Assembly (NCBI GenBank): GCA_947311455.1
Contig: CAMZKY010000028.1
Location: 1-52,722 of the forward strand
Direction: 5' to 3'
Origin: an uncultured Marinosulfonomonas sp.
Lineage (GTDB): Bacteria; Pseudomonadota; Alphaproteobacteria; Rhodobacterales; Rhodobacteraceae
DNA length: 52,722 nucleotides
Position numbers and translations under genes: made by a program. Shown here piece by piece: positions 29,813 to 39,467 of the stretch. Below the pieces are notes generated by a model. That model had not been told where the DNA came from, did no database searches, and was given only the letters and a program-made list of their open reading frames with translations. Every line of letters begins with the position of its first letter. Position 1 is the first letter of the stretch.

Positions 29813-32614
29813 ATGGCTAAAAAGATGCTTATCGACGCCACCCACGCGGAAGAAACCCGCGTTGTTGTGGTTGATGGAACCAAGGTTGAGGAATTTGACT
29901 TTGAATCCGAAAACAAACGCCAGCTTGCTGGCAACATATACCTAGCAAAAGTAACACGGGTCGAACCGTCGCTTCAGGCGGCGTTTGTTGATTATGGCGG
30001 CAATCGCCACGGGTTCCTTGCTTTTTCAGAAATCCATGCGGATTATTATCAAATTCCAGTGGCCGATCGTGAAAAGCTGCTTGAAGAAGAACGCGCTTAT
30101 GCCAAAGCAATGGCAGAAGAAGACGAAAAGCCCAAACCCAAACGCCGCGCTACGCGCTCACGTCGTAAAACCAAAGCCGCCGAAATTAAATCAGATGATG
30201 CGGTTCTAACAAAAGAACCCGAAGGCGAAGCAATTTCCGGCATGGACGTTGTTGATCTGGACGGAAATTCGGATGAAGGCAATTCACCAATGGTTTTGGT
30301 GCATGACACACCTGTTGAAACGCCCGCAAGCGATGACACCACAGCCGATTCTGTCGTTGAAGATGCACCAAAAGATGATCAACCAGCAGACACATCCGAG
30401 GCCAGCTCTACAGAAACCGACGAAGATACGTCAGACAATGATGATGCACCGCTGGATGCAACCGAAAAAGACGACCGGATTGTTTCGGTTGCCGATGATG
30501 ATGCGCCCGAAGAAATTCGCCCCCCACGTAAACCGCGCCCACGTCGTTATAAAATCCAAGAAGTCGTCAAAGTGCGCCAAATCTTGTTGGTGCAAGTGGT
30601 TAAGGAAGAACGCGGCAACAAAGGCGCGGCCCTGACCACATATCTATCTCTGGCGGGCCGCTATTGTGTGCTTATGCCAAATACCGCGCGCGGTGGCGGC
30701 ATTTCGCGCAAAATCATTAATCCAGCTGATCGTAAAAAACTAAAAGCGATTGCAAACGAAGTTAATGTGCCCGATGGCGCAGGCCTGATTGTGCGCACCG
30801 CCGGGGCCAAGCGCACCAAATCCGAAATCCACCGTGATTACGAATATTTGCAACGCCTGTGGGAAGAAATTCGCAAGCTGACGCTGGAATCAATTGCACC
30901 AGCGAAAATCTATGAAGAAGGCAATCTGATTAAGCGCTCGATCCGCGATCTTTATAATCGTGACATCGACGAAGTGATTGTGTCGGGCGAGGCGGGCTAT
31001 CGTGTTGCCAAAGACTTTATGAAAATGATCATGCCGTCGCATGCCAAAAACGTAAAACTCTATAAAGACACCCTGCCGTTGTTTGCGCGTTTTCAGGTAG
31101 AATCCTATCTGGCGGGGATGTTTAATCCGACAGTTCAGTTAAAATCTGGCGGCTATATCGTAATCGGTGTTACCGAAGCCTTGGTTGCGGTTGATGTGAA
31201 TTCGGGCCGCGCCACCAAGCAAGGCTCGATCGAGGAAACCGCGCTGAACACCAATCTTGAAGCCTCCGACGAGGTAGCACGCCAGTTGCGCCTGCGTGAT
31301 TTGGCCGGATTGATCGTGATCGATTACATCGACATGGAAGAGCGGCGCAATAACAATGCCGTTGAAAAACGTCTAAAAGATCGCTTGAAGACCGACCGTG
31401 CGCGCATTCAGGTTGGCCGCATTTCCGGCTTTGGCCTGATGGAAATGTCGCGCCAACGCCTGCGCCCCGGCATGATCGAGGCCACAACGCAGCCATGTTC
31501 CCATTGTCATGGCACCGGCCTGATCCGGTCTGACGAAAATCTGGCCCTGTCGATTCTGCGCCAGATTGAGGAAGAAGGCACCCGTGGCCGTTCGCGCGAA
31601 GTGGTTCTGAAGGCACCGATTGGTATCACCAATTACCTGATGAACAACAAACGTGAGCATATCGCCCAAATCGAAGCGCGTTACGGCATGTCTGTGCGTA
31701 TCGAAGGGGATCCATTCATGGTAAGCCCTGATTTCACCATTGAAAAGCTGAAAACAGCAAGCCGCGTGGTTAAGAAAATTGCCGCACCGGTTGTCTCTGT
31801 AGATGCCTCGATTATGGATGGCATTGATGAGGCCGTTACCGCTGAAGAAGAAAACACCGATGAAACCGCTGTTGAAAGCACGGATGAGCAGCAACAGGCA
31901 CCCAAAAAGCGCCGTCGCCGTCGCCGTCGCCGTCGTAGTGGAAGTGCTCAAAATGGTGAAGGCCAAAACACCGAGGGCCAAGATGGCGATACGCCTGCAC
32001 AGCCCCAAGAGGCCGAATACACCGATGCAACAACAGATGTGCAAACCGACAATACCGGTGCGCAAACTTCGGATGATAGCACCGCCGCACCGGATACCCC
32101 TGTAAATGATGCGCCTGAAGAGGCCGCAAAAGAGGAAAGACCAAAACGTGCAGCGCGCAAACGTGCACCTCGCAAGAAAAAGGTTGAAGCCGTTGCCGAA
32201 GATGCTGTGCAAACGGACGAGGTAAAAGCCGAAGAACCAACGGCCGAGACAACCGAGGCAGTGGAAAAACCCAAGCGTAAACGTGCGCCTCGCAAACGGG
32301 CGGTGAAAAAGGCTGATAAACCTGCGGATGATATCAAAGCAGAAGAGGCTGTTGCCACGGACGCAAGCGTTGAGGCCGCACCGGAAGAAAAGCCAAAACC
32401 TAAAAAACGTGCGCCGCGCAAACGGGTGGTGAAAAAAGCCGATAAGCCTGCGGACGAGGCCCCCAAAGCCGACACACCGGCCGAGGCACCAAAACCGGAA
32501 CCGGTTCAGAAAGAGGCGAAACCAAAACCCGAGCCCAAACCCGAGCCTAAACCCGAGCCAAAACCCGAAAGCGACAAGCCAAAGAAAAAAGGCTGGTGGT
32601 CATTGGGGCGCTAA
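29813..32614 (+). CDS. rne: Ribonuclease E
   Basis: MAKKMLIDATHAEETRV start (ATG at 29813); GNIYLAKVTRVEPSLQAAFVDYG, DVNSG, CSHCHGTG Zn link, disordered C-terminus ending in GWW. Confidence 0.97.
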   Translation: MAKKMLIDATHAEETRVVVVDGTKVEEFDFESENKRQLAGNIYLAKVTRVEPSLQAAFVDYGGNRHGFLAFSEIHADYYQIPVADREKLLEEERAYAKAMAEEDEKPKPKRRATRSRRKTKAAEIKSDDAVLTKEPEGEAISGMDVVDLDGNSDEGNSPMVLVHDTPVETPASDDTTADSVVEDAPKDDQPADTSEASSTETDEDTSDNDDAPLDATEKDDRIVSVADDDAPEEIRPPRKPRPRRYKIQEVVKVRQILLVQVVKEERGNKGAALTTYLSLAGRYCVLMPNTARGGGISRKIINPADRKKLKAIANEVNVPDGAGLIVRTAGAKRTKSEIHRDYEYLQRLWEEIRKLTLESIAPAKIYEEGNLIKRSIRDLYNRDIDEVIVSGEAGYRVAKDFMKMIMPSHAKNVKLYKDTLPLFARFQVESYLAGMFNPTVQLKSGGYIVIGVTEALVAVDVNSGRATKQGSIEETALNTNLEASDEVARQLRLRDLAGLIVIDYIDMEERRNNNAVEKRLKDRLKTDRARIQVGRISGFGLMEMSRQRLRPGMIEATTQPCSHCHGTGLIRSDENLALSILRQIEEEGTRGRSREVVLKAPIGITNYLMNNKREHIAQIEARYGMSVRIEGDPFMVSPDFTIEKLKTASRVVKKIAAPVVSVDASIMDGIDEAVTAEEENTDETAVESTDEQQQAPKKRRRRRRRRRSGSAQNGEGQNTEGQDGDTPAQPQEAEYTDATTDVQTDNTGAQTSDDSTAAPDTPVNDAPEEAAKEERPKRAARKRAPRKKKVEAVAEDAVQTDEVKAEEPTAETTEAVEKPKRKRAPRKRAVKKADKPADDIKAEEAVATDASVEAAPEEKPKPKKRAPRKRVVKKADKPADEAPKADTPAEAPKPEPVQKEAKPKPEPKPEPKPEPKPESDKPKKKGWWSLGR
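31910..31936 (+). repeat. (CGCCGT)n repeat encoding nine Arg in RNase E
   Basis: CGCCGT x4 + CGT; arginine-rich RNA-binding segment. Confidence 0.8.
32522..32569 (+). repeat. 12-bp tandem repeat encoding (PKPE)4 in the RNase E tail
   Basis: CCNAAACCCGAR x4. Confidence 0.8.
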
Positions 32615-32634
32615 ACGATAAAATATTAGGAAGA

Positions 32635-32670
32635 ATGCCGGCAAGATTTGGTCTTGTCGGCATTTTTTTT
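32635..32670 (+). terminator. Rho-independent terminator of rne
   Basis: ATGCCGGCAAGA-TTTGG-TCTTGTCGGCAT followed by a T run. Confidence 0.85.
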
Positions 32671-32683
32671 GAAAGAAACTGAA

Positions 32684-32902
32684 ATGGGTTTAACACCCCG
32701 TGGCTATGCCTATGTGGGTTTGGCCGCCTTGTTGATCGGGTTCACCAAAACCTTGCTTGCGAGGGCTTTTGCCGGCGCCGTGTCGATGGTAGCCAATACG
32801 GCAGGGCCTGTGTTTGGAATTTAACTGCTTCAAATGGGATCAAACAAATCGGAATTTGTCGGCAACAAAATTCTGAAACATATCAATCTGACCATTTTCT
32901 AA
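32684..32902 (+). pseudogene. Collapsed remnant of a TSUP (TauE/SafE) family transporter gene
   Basis: Translates MGLTPRGYAYVGLAALLIGFTKT|LLARAFAGAVSMVANTAGPVFGI*LLQMGSNKSEFVG|NKILKHINLTIF*, which resembles the N-terminal, middle and C-terminal TSUP motifs joined together, with an internal stop. Confidence 0.55.
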
Positions 32903-32974
32903 ACCTTGATACGCATTGCCGTTCTATTCGCTGTCACATGGCGGATACTGTTCTGAACAAAAACCGTTCGTGGC

Positions 32975-33211
32975 TTATAAATGCGCGCCTTTTTTCACCA
33001 AAAAGACATTCCCGATCGCGCCCTCTTTGATTTCCAACAGGTCATGCCCCTGCTCATTACAAAAATGCGGCACATCAATCACGGCGGCAGGATCATCGGC
33101 CAGTAGGGCCACAATATCCCCGGCCCCCTGCCCCATCAACCGCTTGCGCAGTTTTAATACAGGAAGCGGGCACAACAAACCAATGGCATCAATTTCTTCG
33201 GTAATATCCAT
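32975..33211 (-). CDS. tusA: Sulfurtransferase TusA family protein
   Basis: DAIGLLCPLPVLK (CPxP) and ADDPAAVIDVPHFC. Confidence 0.9.
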   Translation of the reverse strand: MDITEEIDAIGLLCPLPVLKLRKRLMGQGAGDIVALLADDPAAVIDVPHFCNEQGHDLLEIKEGAIGNVFLVKKGAHL

Positions 33212-33323
33212 GTCTAAGGCCTAAGCTGCACGCAGATCGATTTCAACGAAAATGTGACAAATTTTGTCGTGACGATCCCGCACCAACGTTCTATGACTAA
33301 GCCAACAACACATGAGGCTTGAT

Positions 33324-34076
33324 ATGTTTGGATTGGAAATTATGGACGCGGCCCTGCTGCCCGCCATGTTTATTGCAATATTCGCCGGGTTGGTATCCTT
33401 CTTGTCGCCCTGCGTTTTGCCTGTGGTTGCGCCCTATCTGGCCTACATGGGGGGCATCACGATGAATGAAATGTCCGCCGAAGGATCCGGGCGAAAACGC
33501 CCCATGGGCGCTGCCATTGGCTTTGTTTTGGGCCTGTCCACGGTGTTTTTGCTGCTTGGATTTGCTTTTTCGGCTTTTGGGCGGTTTTTTCTTGTTAATC
33601 AGGATTGGTTCACCATCGGGGCCGGCGTGATGGTGATGATTTTCGGCGCCCATTTTGTCGGGGTCTTCCGCATTTCTTTTCTGGATAGAGAAGCCCGTGT
33701 TGACGTGGGCGATAAAGGTGGATCAGCCTTTGGCGCGTATTTGTTAGGCCTTGCTTTTGCCTTTGGCTGGACGCCCTGCTTAGGGCCAATTCTGGGCGGA
33801 ATTCTAACCATTGTCGCCACCGAAGGCTCCATGGCGAAAGGCACATTCCTGATGGGGCTTTACGCTTTTGGCCTTGGTATTCCCTTTCTGTTGGTCGCGG
33901 CGTTTTTCCCGAAAATGTCGGGCCTTATGAATTATATGAAACGCCATATGGAACAGGTCGAGCGGATCATGGGCCTGCTTTTGTGGACAATCGGATTGAT
34001 GATGATCACCGGTGGATTTACTGCAATATCATTTTGGCTGCTTGAAATATTCCCGGCATTGGCACAAATTGGCTAG
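33324..34076 (+). CDS. ccdA: Cytochrome c biogenesis protein CcdA
   Basis: SFLSPCVLP and FGWTPCLGP cysteine motifs; GAGG RBS before the ATG at 33324. Confidence 0.93.
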   Translation: MFGLEIMDAALLPAMFIAIFAGLVSFLSPCVLPVVAPYLAYMGGITMNEMSAEGSGRKRPMGAAIGFVLGLSTVFLLLGFAFSAFGRFFLVNQDWFTIGAGVMVMIFGAHFVGVFRISFLDREARVDVGDKGGSAFGAYLLGLAFAFGWTPCLGPILGGILTIVATEGSMAKGTFLMGLYAFGLGIPFLLVAAFFPKMSGLMNYMKRHMEQVERIMGLLLWTIGLMMITGGFTAISFWLLEIFPALAQIG

Positions 34077-34151
34077 TTTTGTGGCTTTTCGGCATATTTC
34101 TGTCAAGTTTACCTGCTAAACCCTCCTCATAGGTATGAGGGCCGTCTGATT

Positions 34152-35384
34152 ATGGACAACACAGCTAAAATTGTGAAACGGCGTCGGGTATTTTACATTC
34201 CTGGCTATGATCCGATCCATCCCCGCCGTTACCGTGAGCTGTACCGCAAAGAAGGCGCGGCGCAGGCGGACATATCAGGATATGACATTGCCCTGTCCCC
34301 CAAAACCACCAAAGGGCGCTATGGCTGGCACGTAGAAAGCCAAATTGACGGCAAAATCATACAAGCAGATTTTGATGTTCTTGTGTGGTCTGACATTGTT
34401 AAAACGTCGATGAATTTAAACATTCCACAAACCTACCTTGTGCTTGCCCGCACGGCTTGGACATATATCGCATCCGGTGCTTTGAGGCGGCTGATGTGGC
34501 TGCGCAAGGGGCCTGTGATTGCTGCACTTTATCCAATTTTCATGTTAATTTTACAATTGGTTGTGGCCATTGTGCTTGCTTATGGTGCAGGAGTTCTGGT
34601 CAATTGGGCCGGTGGGAAATTTGCATCACCATGGGTGGCAAATATATTTGGATGGGCTGTGGCACTTCCGGTGATTGTGTTTGTCCTGCGCTACTTCCGC
34701 AAAATAGATAATAAGCTGTTCGCGTATTATCTAATGCATGATTACGCCTATTCCGCGCGTTCCAAAGGCGCCAATCCGCCCGAGCTTGAGGCGCGCATGG
34801 CCGAATTTTGTGATGAAATATCAGACGCCTTGCGCAGTGACGTAGATGAGGTTTTGGTGGTTGGGCACTCTTCTGGCGCGCATCTTGGGGTGTCAATTTT
34901 GGCAGATTTAATCCGGGATGGGCGCGTGCCGGAAAACGGCCCCGAATTATCATTTCTAACTCTTGGGCAGGTGGTGCCGATGGTGTCGTTCCTGCCCAAT
35001 GCCAATCGATTGCGTGGCGATCTGAGGTTCCTGTCGCAGCAAGACAAAGTGATCTGGGTTGATGTTACAGCGCCCGGCGATGGCTGTGCATTCGCGTTAT
35101 GTGATCCTGTATCGGTATCGGGTGTAGCACCGGAAAACAAACGTTGGCCGCTGGTGTTTTCTGCGGCCTTTACCCAATCATTATCACCCGAACGCTGGAA
35201 GGAATTGCGCTGGCGATTTTTCCGCCTTCACTTTCAATATATGAGCGCCTTTGACGCCCCGAAAGATTATGATTATTTCCAAATTACAGCAGGGCCAAAA
35301 ACGTTGTTTTCCCGTTACAATCAACGCCCTGCATCAAAATCAAGGGTTGAAATTCCTGCGTCACGTCATACAAGTATAACATGA
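34152..35384 (+). CDS. Conserved membrane-anchored alpha/beta-hydrolase-like protein coupled to a P450
   Basis: RRVFYIPGYDP start, two central TM segments, GHSSG elbow; its stop overlaps the P450 start (ATGA). Confidence 0.75.
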   Translation: MDNTAKIVKRRRVFYIPGYDPIHPRRYRELYRKEGAAQADISGYDIALSPKTTKGRYGWHVESQIDGKIIQADFDVLVWSDIVKTSMNLNIPQTYLVLARTAWTYIASGALRRLMWLRKGPVIAALYPIFMLILQLVVAIVLAYGAGVLVNWAGGKFASPWVANIFGWAVALPVIVFVLRYFRKIDNKLFAYYLMHDYAYSARSKGANPPELEARMAEFCDEISDALRSDVDEVLVVGHSSGAHLGVSILADLIRDGRVPENGPELSFLTLGQVVPMVSFLPNANRLRGDLRFLSQQDKVIWVDVTAPGDGCAFALCDPVSVSGVAPENKRWPLVFSAAFTQSLSPERWKELRWRFFRLHFQYMSAFDAPKDYDYFQITAGPKTLFSRYNQRPASKSRVEIPASRHTSIT

Positions 35385-36748
35385 CCAAACAGCCACCAAA
35401 ACCGCAATCGCGTGCGGACAAAGTTTCTTTGCTACAATATTTGAAGCTGTTTAAACGTGATATTCTTTCAGCCCAACCTGCGCGCCTTTATCACGCTTGG
35501 ATGGCCGAGTTTCGCACGCCGTTTTTTCGGTCTTATATGATTAATCAGCCCGAGTTGATCAAAACGGTTTTACGTGAGCGGCCTGATGATTTTCCCAAAT
35601 CGGAACGTATAAAAGAGGGGCTTGCCCCATTGTTAGGCGAATCTGTGTTTGTCACCAATGGCGAGGTTTGGAAACGCCAACGGCGCATTATTGATCCGGC
35701 GTTCGAGGGTGGGCGTTTGCGCGAAATTTTTCCGGCGATTTGGGATGCCGGCGTTGCCTCAGTTGCACGATTGAAAACGCAATCACAGGACGGCCCCGTT
35801 GAAATTGAAAGTGTAACCTCGCATGCTGCAGCCGATGTTATTTTTCGCACGCTGTTTTCTATCCCGATTGAAAACGAGGTTGCGGGCGCGGTTTTTTCCG
35901 AATTCAGGAAATATCAAAAAACCCAGCCCATCGTAAATTTGGCGGCCTTTTTACCAATTCCCAAATGGGTGCCACGTTTTTTTAAAAAAGAAACCAAAGA
36001 AACCGCCAAATCTATTCGCGGTTTGATCAAGCAATTAACCGTTGCGCGGATGCAAGAGATTGAAAATGGCACCGCACCCGATGATCTAGCCACCAAAATC
36101 ATGACAACCGCTGATCCGTTAACCGGTGAAAAATTCACGGCTGAAGAAATGGTCGATCAGGTGGCAATCTTTTTCTTGGCGGGGCATGAAACAAGCGCGT
36201 CCGCCCTTGGATGGGCTTTGTATTTGTTAGCGATGTATCCTGAATGGCAGGAAAAAGTTGCCGCCGAGGCCACGCAAGCCATTGATCCGGACGTGCCGTA
36301 TTTTTCGGCGGTGTCTAAATTGCGCACCACGCGTGATGTATTTCGCGAGGCCATGCGCCTATACCCCCCTGTGCCGATGATGGTGCGCGAAAATACCTGT
36401 CCTGTTCGGTTTCGCGATCGCGACATTCCCAAAGGCTCGCAAATTGTGCTCAGCCCGTGGCATTTGCACCGCCATGAACGGCTGTGGGACAATCCGGATG
36501 ATTTTGATCCGGATCGATTTAAAACCCCGAATGGCAAACAGGGATTGCGCGATGCTTATATTCCATTTTCCGCCGGAAGCCGCGTTTGCCCGGGATCTGG
36601 CTTTGCGATGATCGAAGGGCCATTATTACTGGGTATGTTCGTGCGCGCGTTTAAATTTGAGGTGATTGACGGGCGCGAGCCTGTGCCTGTGGCGCATTTA
36701 ACCGTGCGCTCAAAGGACGGTATCTGGCTAAAACTAACCCCGCGCTAA
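35381..36748 (+). CDS. Cytochrome P450
   Basis: I-helix AGHETS, EAMR (ExxR), FDPDRF and the heme motif FSAGSRVCPG. Confidence 0.96.
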   Translation: MTKQPPKPQSRADKVSLLQYLKLFKRDILSAQPARLYHAWMAEFRTPFFRSYMINQPELIKTVLRERPDDFPKSERIKEGLAPLLGESVFVTNGEVWKRQRRIIDPAFEGGRLREIFPAIWDAGVASVARLKTQSQDGPVEIESVTSHAAADVIFRTLFSIPIENEVAGAVFSEFRKYQKTQPIVNLAAFLPIPKWVPRFFKKETKETAKSIRGLIKQLTVARMQEIENGTAPDDLATKIMTTADPLTGEKFTAEEMVDQVAIFFLAGHETSASALGWALYLLAMYPEWQEKVAAEATQAIDPDVPYFSAVSKLRTTRDVFREAMRLYPPVPMMVRENTCPVRFRDRDIPKGSQIVLSPWHLHRHERLWDNPDDFDPDRFKTPNGKQGLRDAYIPFSAGSRVCPGSGFAMIEGPLLLGMFVRAFKFEVIDGREPVPVAHLTVRSKDGIWLKLTPR

Positions 36749-37269
36749 CGGCCTTCGAATTCCAGCAATTCGCGGTATATGTAGGAAACGTGGATATTTC
36801 CATCCAGCCCTTCGACAAATTTCGGGTCTTGTTTTAAACAGGCCACACCACAAATCTGGCTGACCATCATATCGGTGCTGTCACTAAACCAGAACCGGCC
36901 GCCCGGAGTGCCAATATAGCCGTCAATACCTTCGGCTTCGTCGGCTTCCAAATCGGTCGCAGAGGGAAATTCGGCAGGCACTTCGGGGTCAAATGCGCCG
37001 TGTGTGTGGTAGGAGGCCACAATGCTCATATTATCGGGCGCGGCACCTGTGCATTCGTTCATCCGGCCTTTGCGTGCATTTGAGGCAAACAGAACCCCGT
37101 TTTGATCATAGCCGATATAGCCACAATATTCGCGGTTTTTACGAAAAGATATGCTTTGAATTTGCTGCAACACGGCCTTGGCAAAGCGCGCCTCGGTTGT
37201 GGATTGGGCTTGGGTGACATTGGGGGGCACAAAGCCAAATACCATTGCGAAAAGAGCTGCGCGTGTCAC
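36745..37269 (-). CDS. DUF4329 domain protein (JAB/MPN-like HxH motif), exported
   Basis: Signal-like N-terminus; REYCGYIG, ASYHTHG, PSATD and GYIGTPGG. Confidence 0.75.
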   Translation of the reverse strand: MTRAALFAMVFGFVPPNVTQAQSTTEARFAKAVLQQIQSISFRKNREYCGYIGYDQNGVLFASNARKGRMNECTGAAPDNMSIVASYHTHGAFDPEVPAEFPSATDLEADEAEGIDGYIGTPGGRFWFSDSTDMMVSQICGVACLKQDPKFVEGLDGNIHVSYIYRELLEFEGR

Positions 37270-37372
37270 TGAAATGATCCTTTATATTTCAGACCACTAT
37301 GTCGCCCTTGCGCGAGGATGTCAAAATGGGCGGCGGGGTTTTGCCGCCCATTTTGCGATTATTTGATCCGAA

Positions 37373-38254
37373 TTAGCCTTCGTTTTTCAAATCATTATAC
37401 AATTCAAAGGCTTGCTGAGCTGGCATCAACTCATGCACCACTTTGGAAACCGCTTTGATCATCGCAACCGGATCATCCGATTGGAAGATATTGCGGCCCA
37501 TATCAACACCCGCCGCGCCCTGATCAACAGCGCGGAACGCCATATCCAGCGCCTCGAGTTCAGGCAATTTCTTACCACCGGCAATCACAATCGGCACAGG
37601 GCAACCGGCAACCACTTTTTCAAAGCCTTCTTCAATGAAATAGCTTTTCACGTAGTGCGAGCCGATTTCCGCCGCGATCCGTGTGGCAAGGCCAAAGTAA
37701 CGGGCATCGCGCGCCATGTCTTTGCCAACTCCGGTAACGGCCAATGTGGGAATGCCAACGCGCATACCTTCGTCGATCAGTTTGATCACGTTGGTGATTG
37801 ATTTATGCTCATATTCCGCCCCGATATAGACCTGTGCGGCCATGGCGCTAACGCCCATACGCACCGCATCGTCAATCGCCACGGCAACGGTTTCGTTTGA
37901 CAGCTCCGACAGGATCGAATTGCCGCCTGACGCGCGCATAACAATCGGTTTGGTCACCGTTGGCGGCACAACCGAACGCAAAATTCCGCGGGTGCACATC
38001 AATACATCGGCGTGTTCAAACAGGGGTTCGATGTTCAGGTCGATGCGTTCCAGACCTTTGGTCGGGCCTTGGAAATAGCCGTGATCAAAAGCCAGCATCA
38101 CCGTGCGGCCTGATTTGGGGTTAAAAATGCGGGACATTTTGTTTTTGATGCCCCAGTCGTAATTGGCAAGGCCCTTCAGGAAAAAGCCCTGTTTGTCTTG
38201 GGGGGTGTTCAGGCCAAAGTCTTTGCCGTCTTTGATGTCGTCGATATCTGCCAT
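37373..38254 (-). CDS. lsrF: 3-hydroxy-5-phosphonooxypentane-2,4-dione thiolase LsrF
   Basis: [13 protein letters not shown] start; [13 protein letters not shown], catalytic Lys in [14 protein letters not shown] and [11 protein letters not shown]. Recognisably close to enterobacterial LsrF. Confidence 0.93.
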   Translation of the reverse strand: MADIDDIKDGKDFGLNTPQDKQGFFLKGLANYDWGIKNKMSRIFNPKSGRTVMLAFDHGYFQGPTKGLERIDLNIEPLFEHADVLMCTRGILRSVVPPTVTKPIVMRASGGNSILSELSNETVAVAIDDAVRMGVSAMAAQVYIGAEYEHKSITNVIKLIDEGMRVGIPTLAVTGVGKDMARDARYFGLATRIAAEIGSHYVKSYFIEEGFEKVVAGCPVPIVIAGGKKLPELEALDMAFRAVDQGAAGVDMGRNIFQSDDPVAMIKAVSKVVHELMPAQQAFELYNDLKNEG

Positions 38255-38281
38255 TGTATTCAGTCCTATAAGGTTGGGGAA

Positions 38282-38956
38282 TTAAGATTTTGCCATGTCT
38301 TTAAAGGCAAGTTCGGGGTTTTGAGCGCCAAGAACGGCACTGCCGCTTACAATCATATCGGGATTGCAGGCGCGAATTTCTGTGATGGTGTTTAACGTAA
38401 CGCCGCCGTCAAAGGCAAGAACCGCATCAGGGGCAAGGCGGCGCAATTCAGTAATGCGCGCGCAGGCTTTGGTGATATCCGGCGGGTTGGAATTGCGTGG
38501 ATCAAGCGACAGCACAAGGATCATATCAGGCTTCAAGCCCAGCAAATCGCCCACCTCGTCAAGCGGCGTATCGGGCATGAATGCAAGCCCTGCGATAACC
38601 GTGCGGTCTGCGTCACGTGCGGCGGCACGAATCTTGTTTATCGCCGCAGCGGGATCATTGGATTCGGCATGCACAACGATGATATCAGCACCGGCCTTTA
38701 CATAGCTTTCCACATGATCGGCGGGGTTTTCTATCATCAAATGCACGTCGCGCAGGGCGCCGGTCTCCAGTGCCTTAACAAAGGCCGGCCCGCCAATCAT
38801 CGCGGGCACAAACACCCCGTCCATGATATCAAAATGCAGGATATCACAGCCCCAGCCCGTAGCGGTTTGCGCGGCGGCGCGCAGGTTTCCGGCATCGGCG
38901 GCAAACATGCCAAGGCTAATGCCTTTGGCGCGGTTTTTTAAATCATTCATATTCAT
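38282..38956 (-). CDS. Ribulose-phosphate 3-epimerase superfamily protein, LsrE-like
   Basis: Metal ligands HFDIMDG, DVHLM and FDGG, plus VSGSA. It has SLG instead of the Rpe SPS/APS motif and lacks the PGFGGQ loop. Confidence 0.8.
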   Translation of the reverse strand: MNMNDLKNRAKGISLGMFAADAGNLRAAAQTATGWGCDILHFDIMDGVFVPAMIGGPAFVKALETGALRDVHLMIENPADHVESYVKAGADIIVVHAESNDPAAAINKIRAAARDADRTVIAGLAFMPDTPLDEVGDLLGLKPDMILVLSLDPRNSNPPDITKACARITELRRLAPDAVLAFDGGVTLNTITEIRACNPDMIVSGSAVLGAQNPELAFKDMAKS

Positions 38957-38957
38957 C

Positions 38958-39401
38958 CTAGAAAATCACCCCTTTGCGCAGAATAAAACAGCCAAACGGA
39001 CGCATATCGCTGGTGGCGACCACGGCAAAGGCATGTTTGGCTTGCACATAAAAATCCTGCCGTTCAAGGCTGGTCACAACCGCGCCTTCGGGTTTTACCG
39101 TATCAATAATTCCAAAGGCTTGACGATGAACCTCGCCCATTTCATCGGGGGCGTTGTCTATTTCCATGCGCAAGGCACAGTAATCAGACAGGCCATCCAG
39201 CGGCATCACTGTAGTGATCAGCTCAATCGCGCGCGGGGCGCTAAAGGCTGGTAGAGAGATCACCTCACCCCAATTTGTATGGGCGGCGGTGGATGTGGTC
39301 GGAAAATTAGCGTCGGCCACCACAATTTCATCCCCATGCCCCATGCGCATCAGGCAATCCAGCAGGTCCGCCGGCATGTGTGGGTCTATTCCGATAAGCA
39401 T
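38958..39401 (-). CDS. RbsD/FucU family sugar mutarotase
   Basis: MGHGDEIVVADANFP, LERQDFY and FILRKGV. Confidence 0.92.
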   Translation of the reverse strand: MLIGIDPHMPADLLDCLMRMGHGDEIVVADANFPTTSTAAHTNWGEVISLPAFSAPRAIELITTVMPLDGLSDYCALRMEIDNAPDEMGEVHRQAFGIIDTVKPEGAVVTSLERQDFYVQAKHAFAVVATSDMRPFGCFILRKGVIF

Positions 39402-39467
39402 GGTCTTCTCCTTGAAAAAGGCCGCAACCTGACGCCGCGACCTTTGTTAATGTATATCGCGAAAATT

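Noticed and set aside
32522-32569. CRISPR-like or contingency repeat
   Set aside because: It is an in-frame 12-bp coding repeat with synonymous variation and no spacers; no cas genes are in the window.
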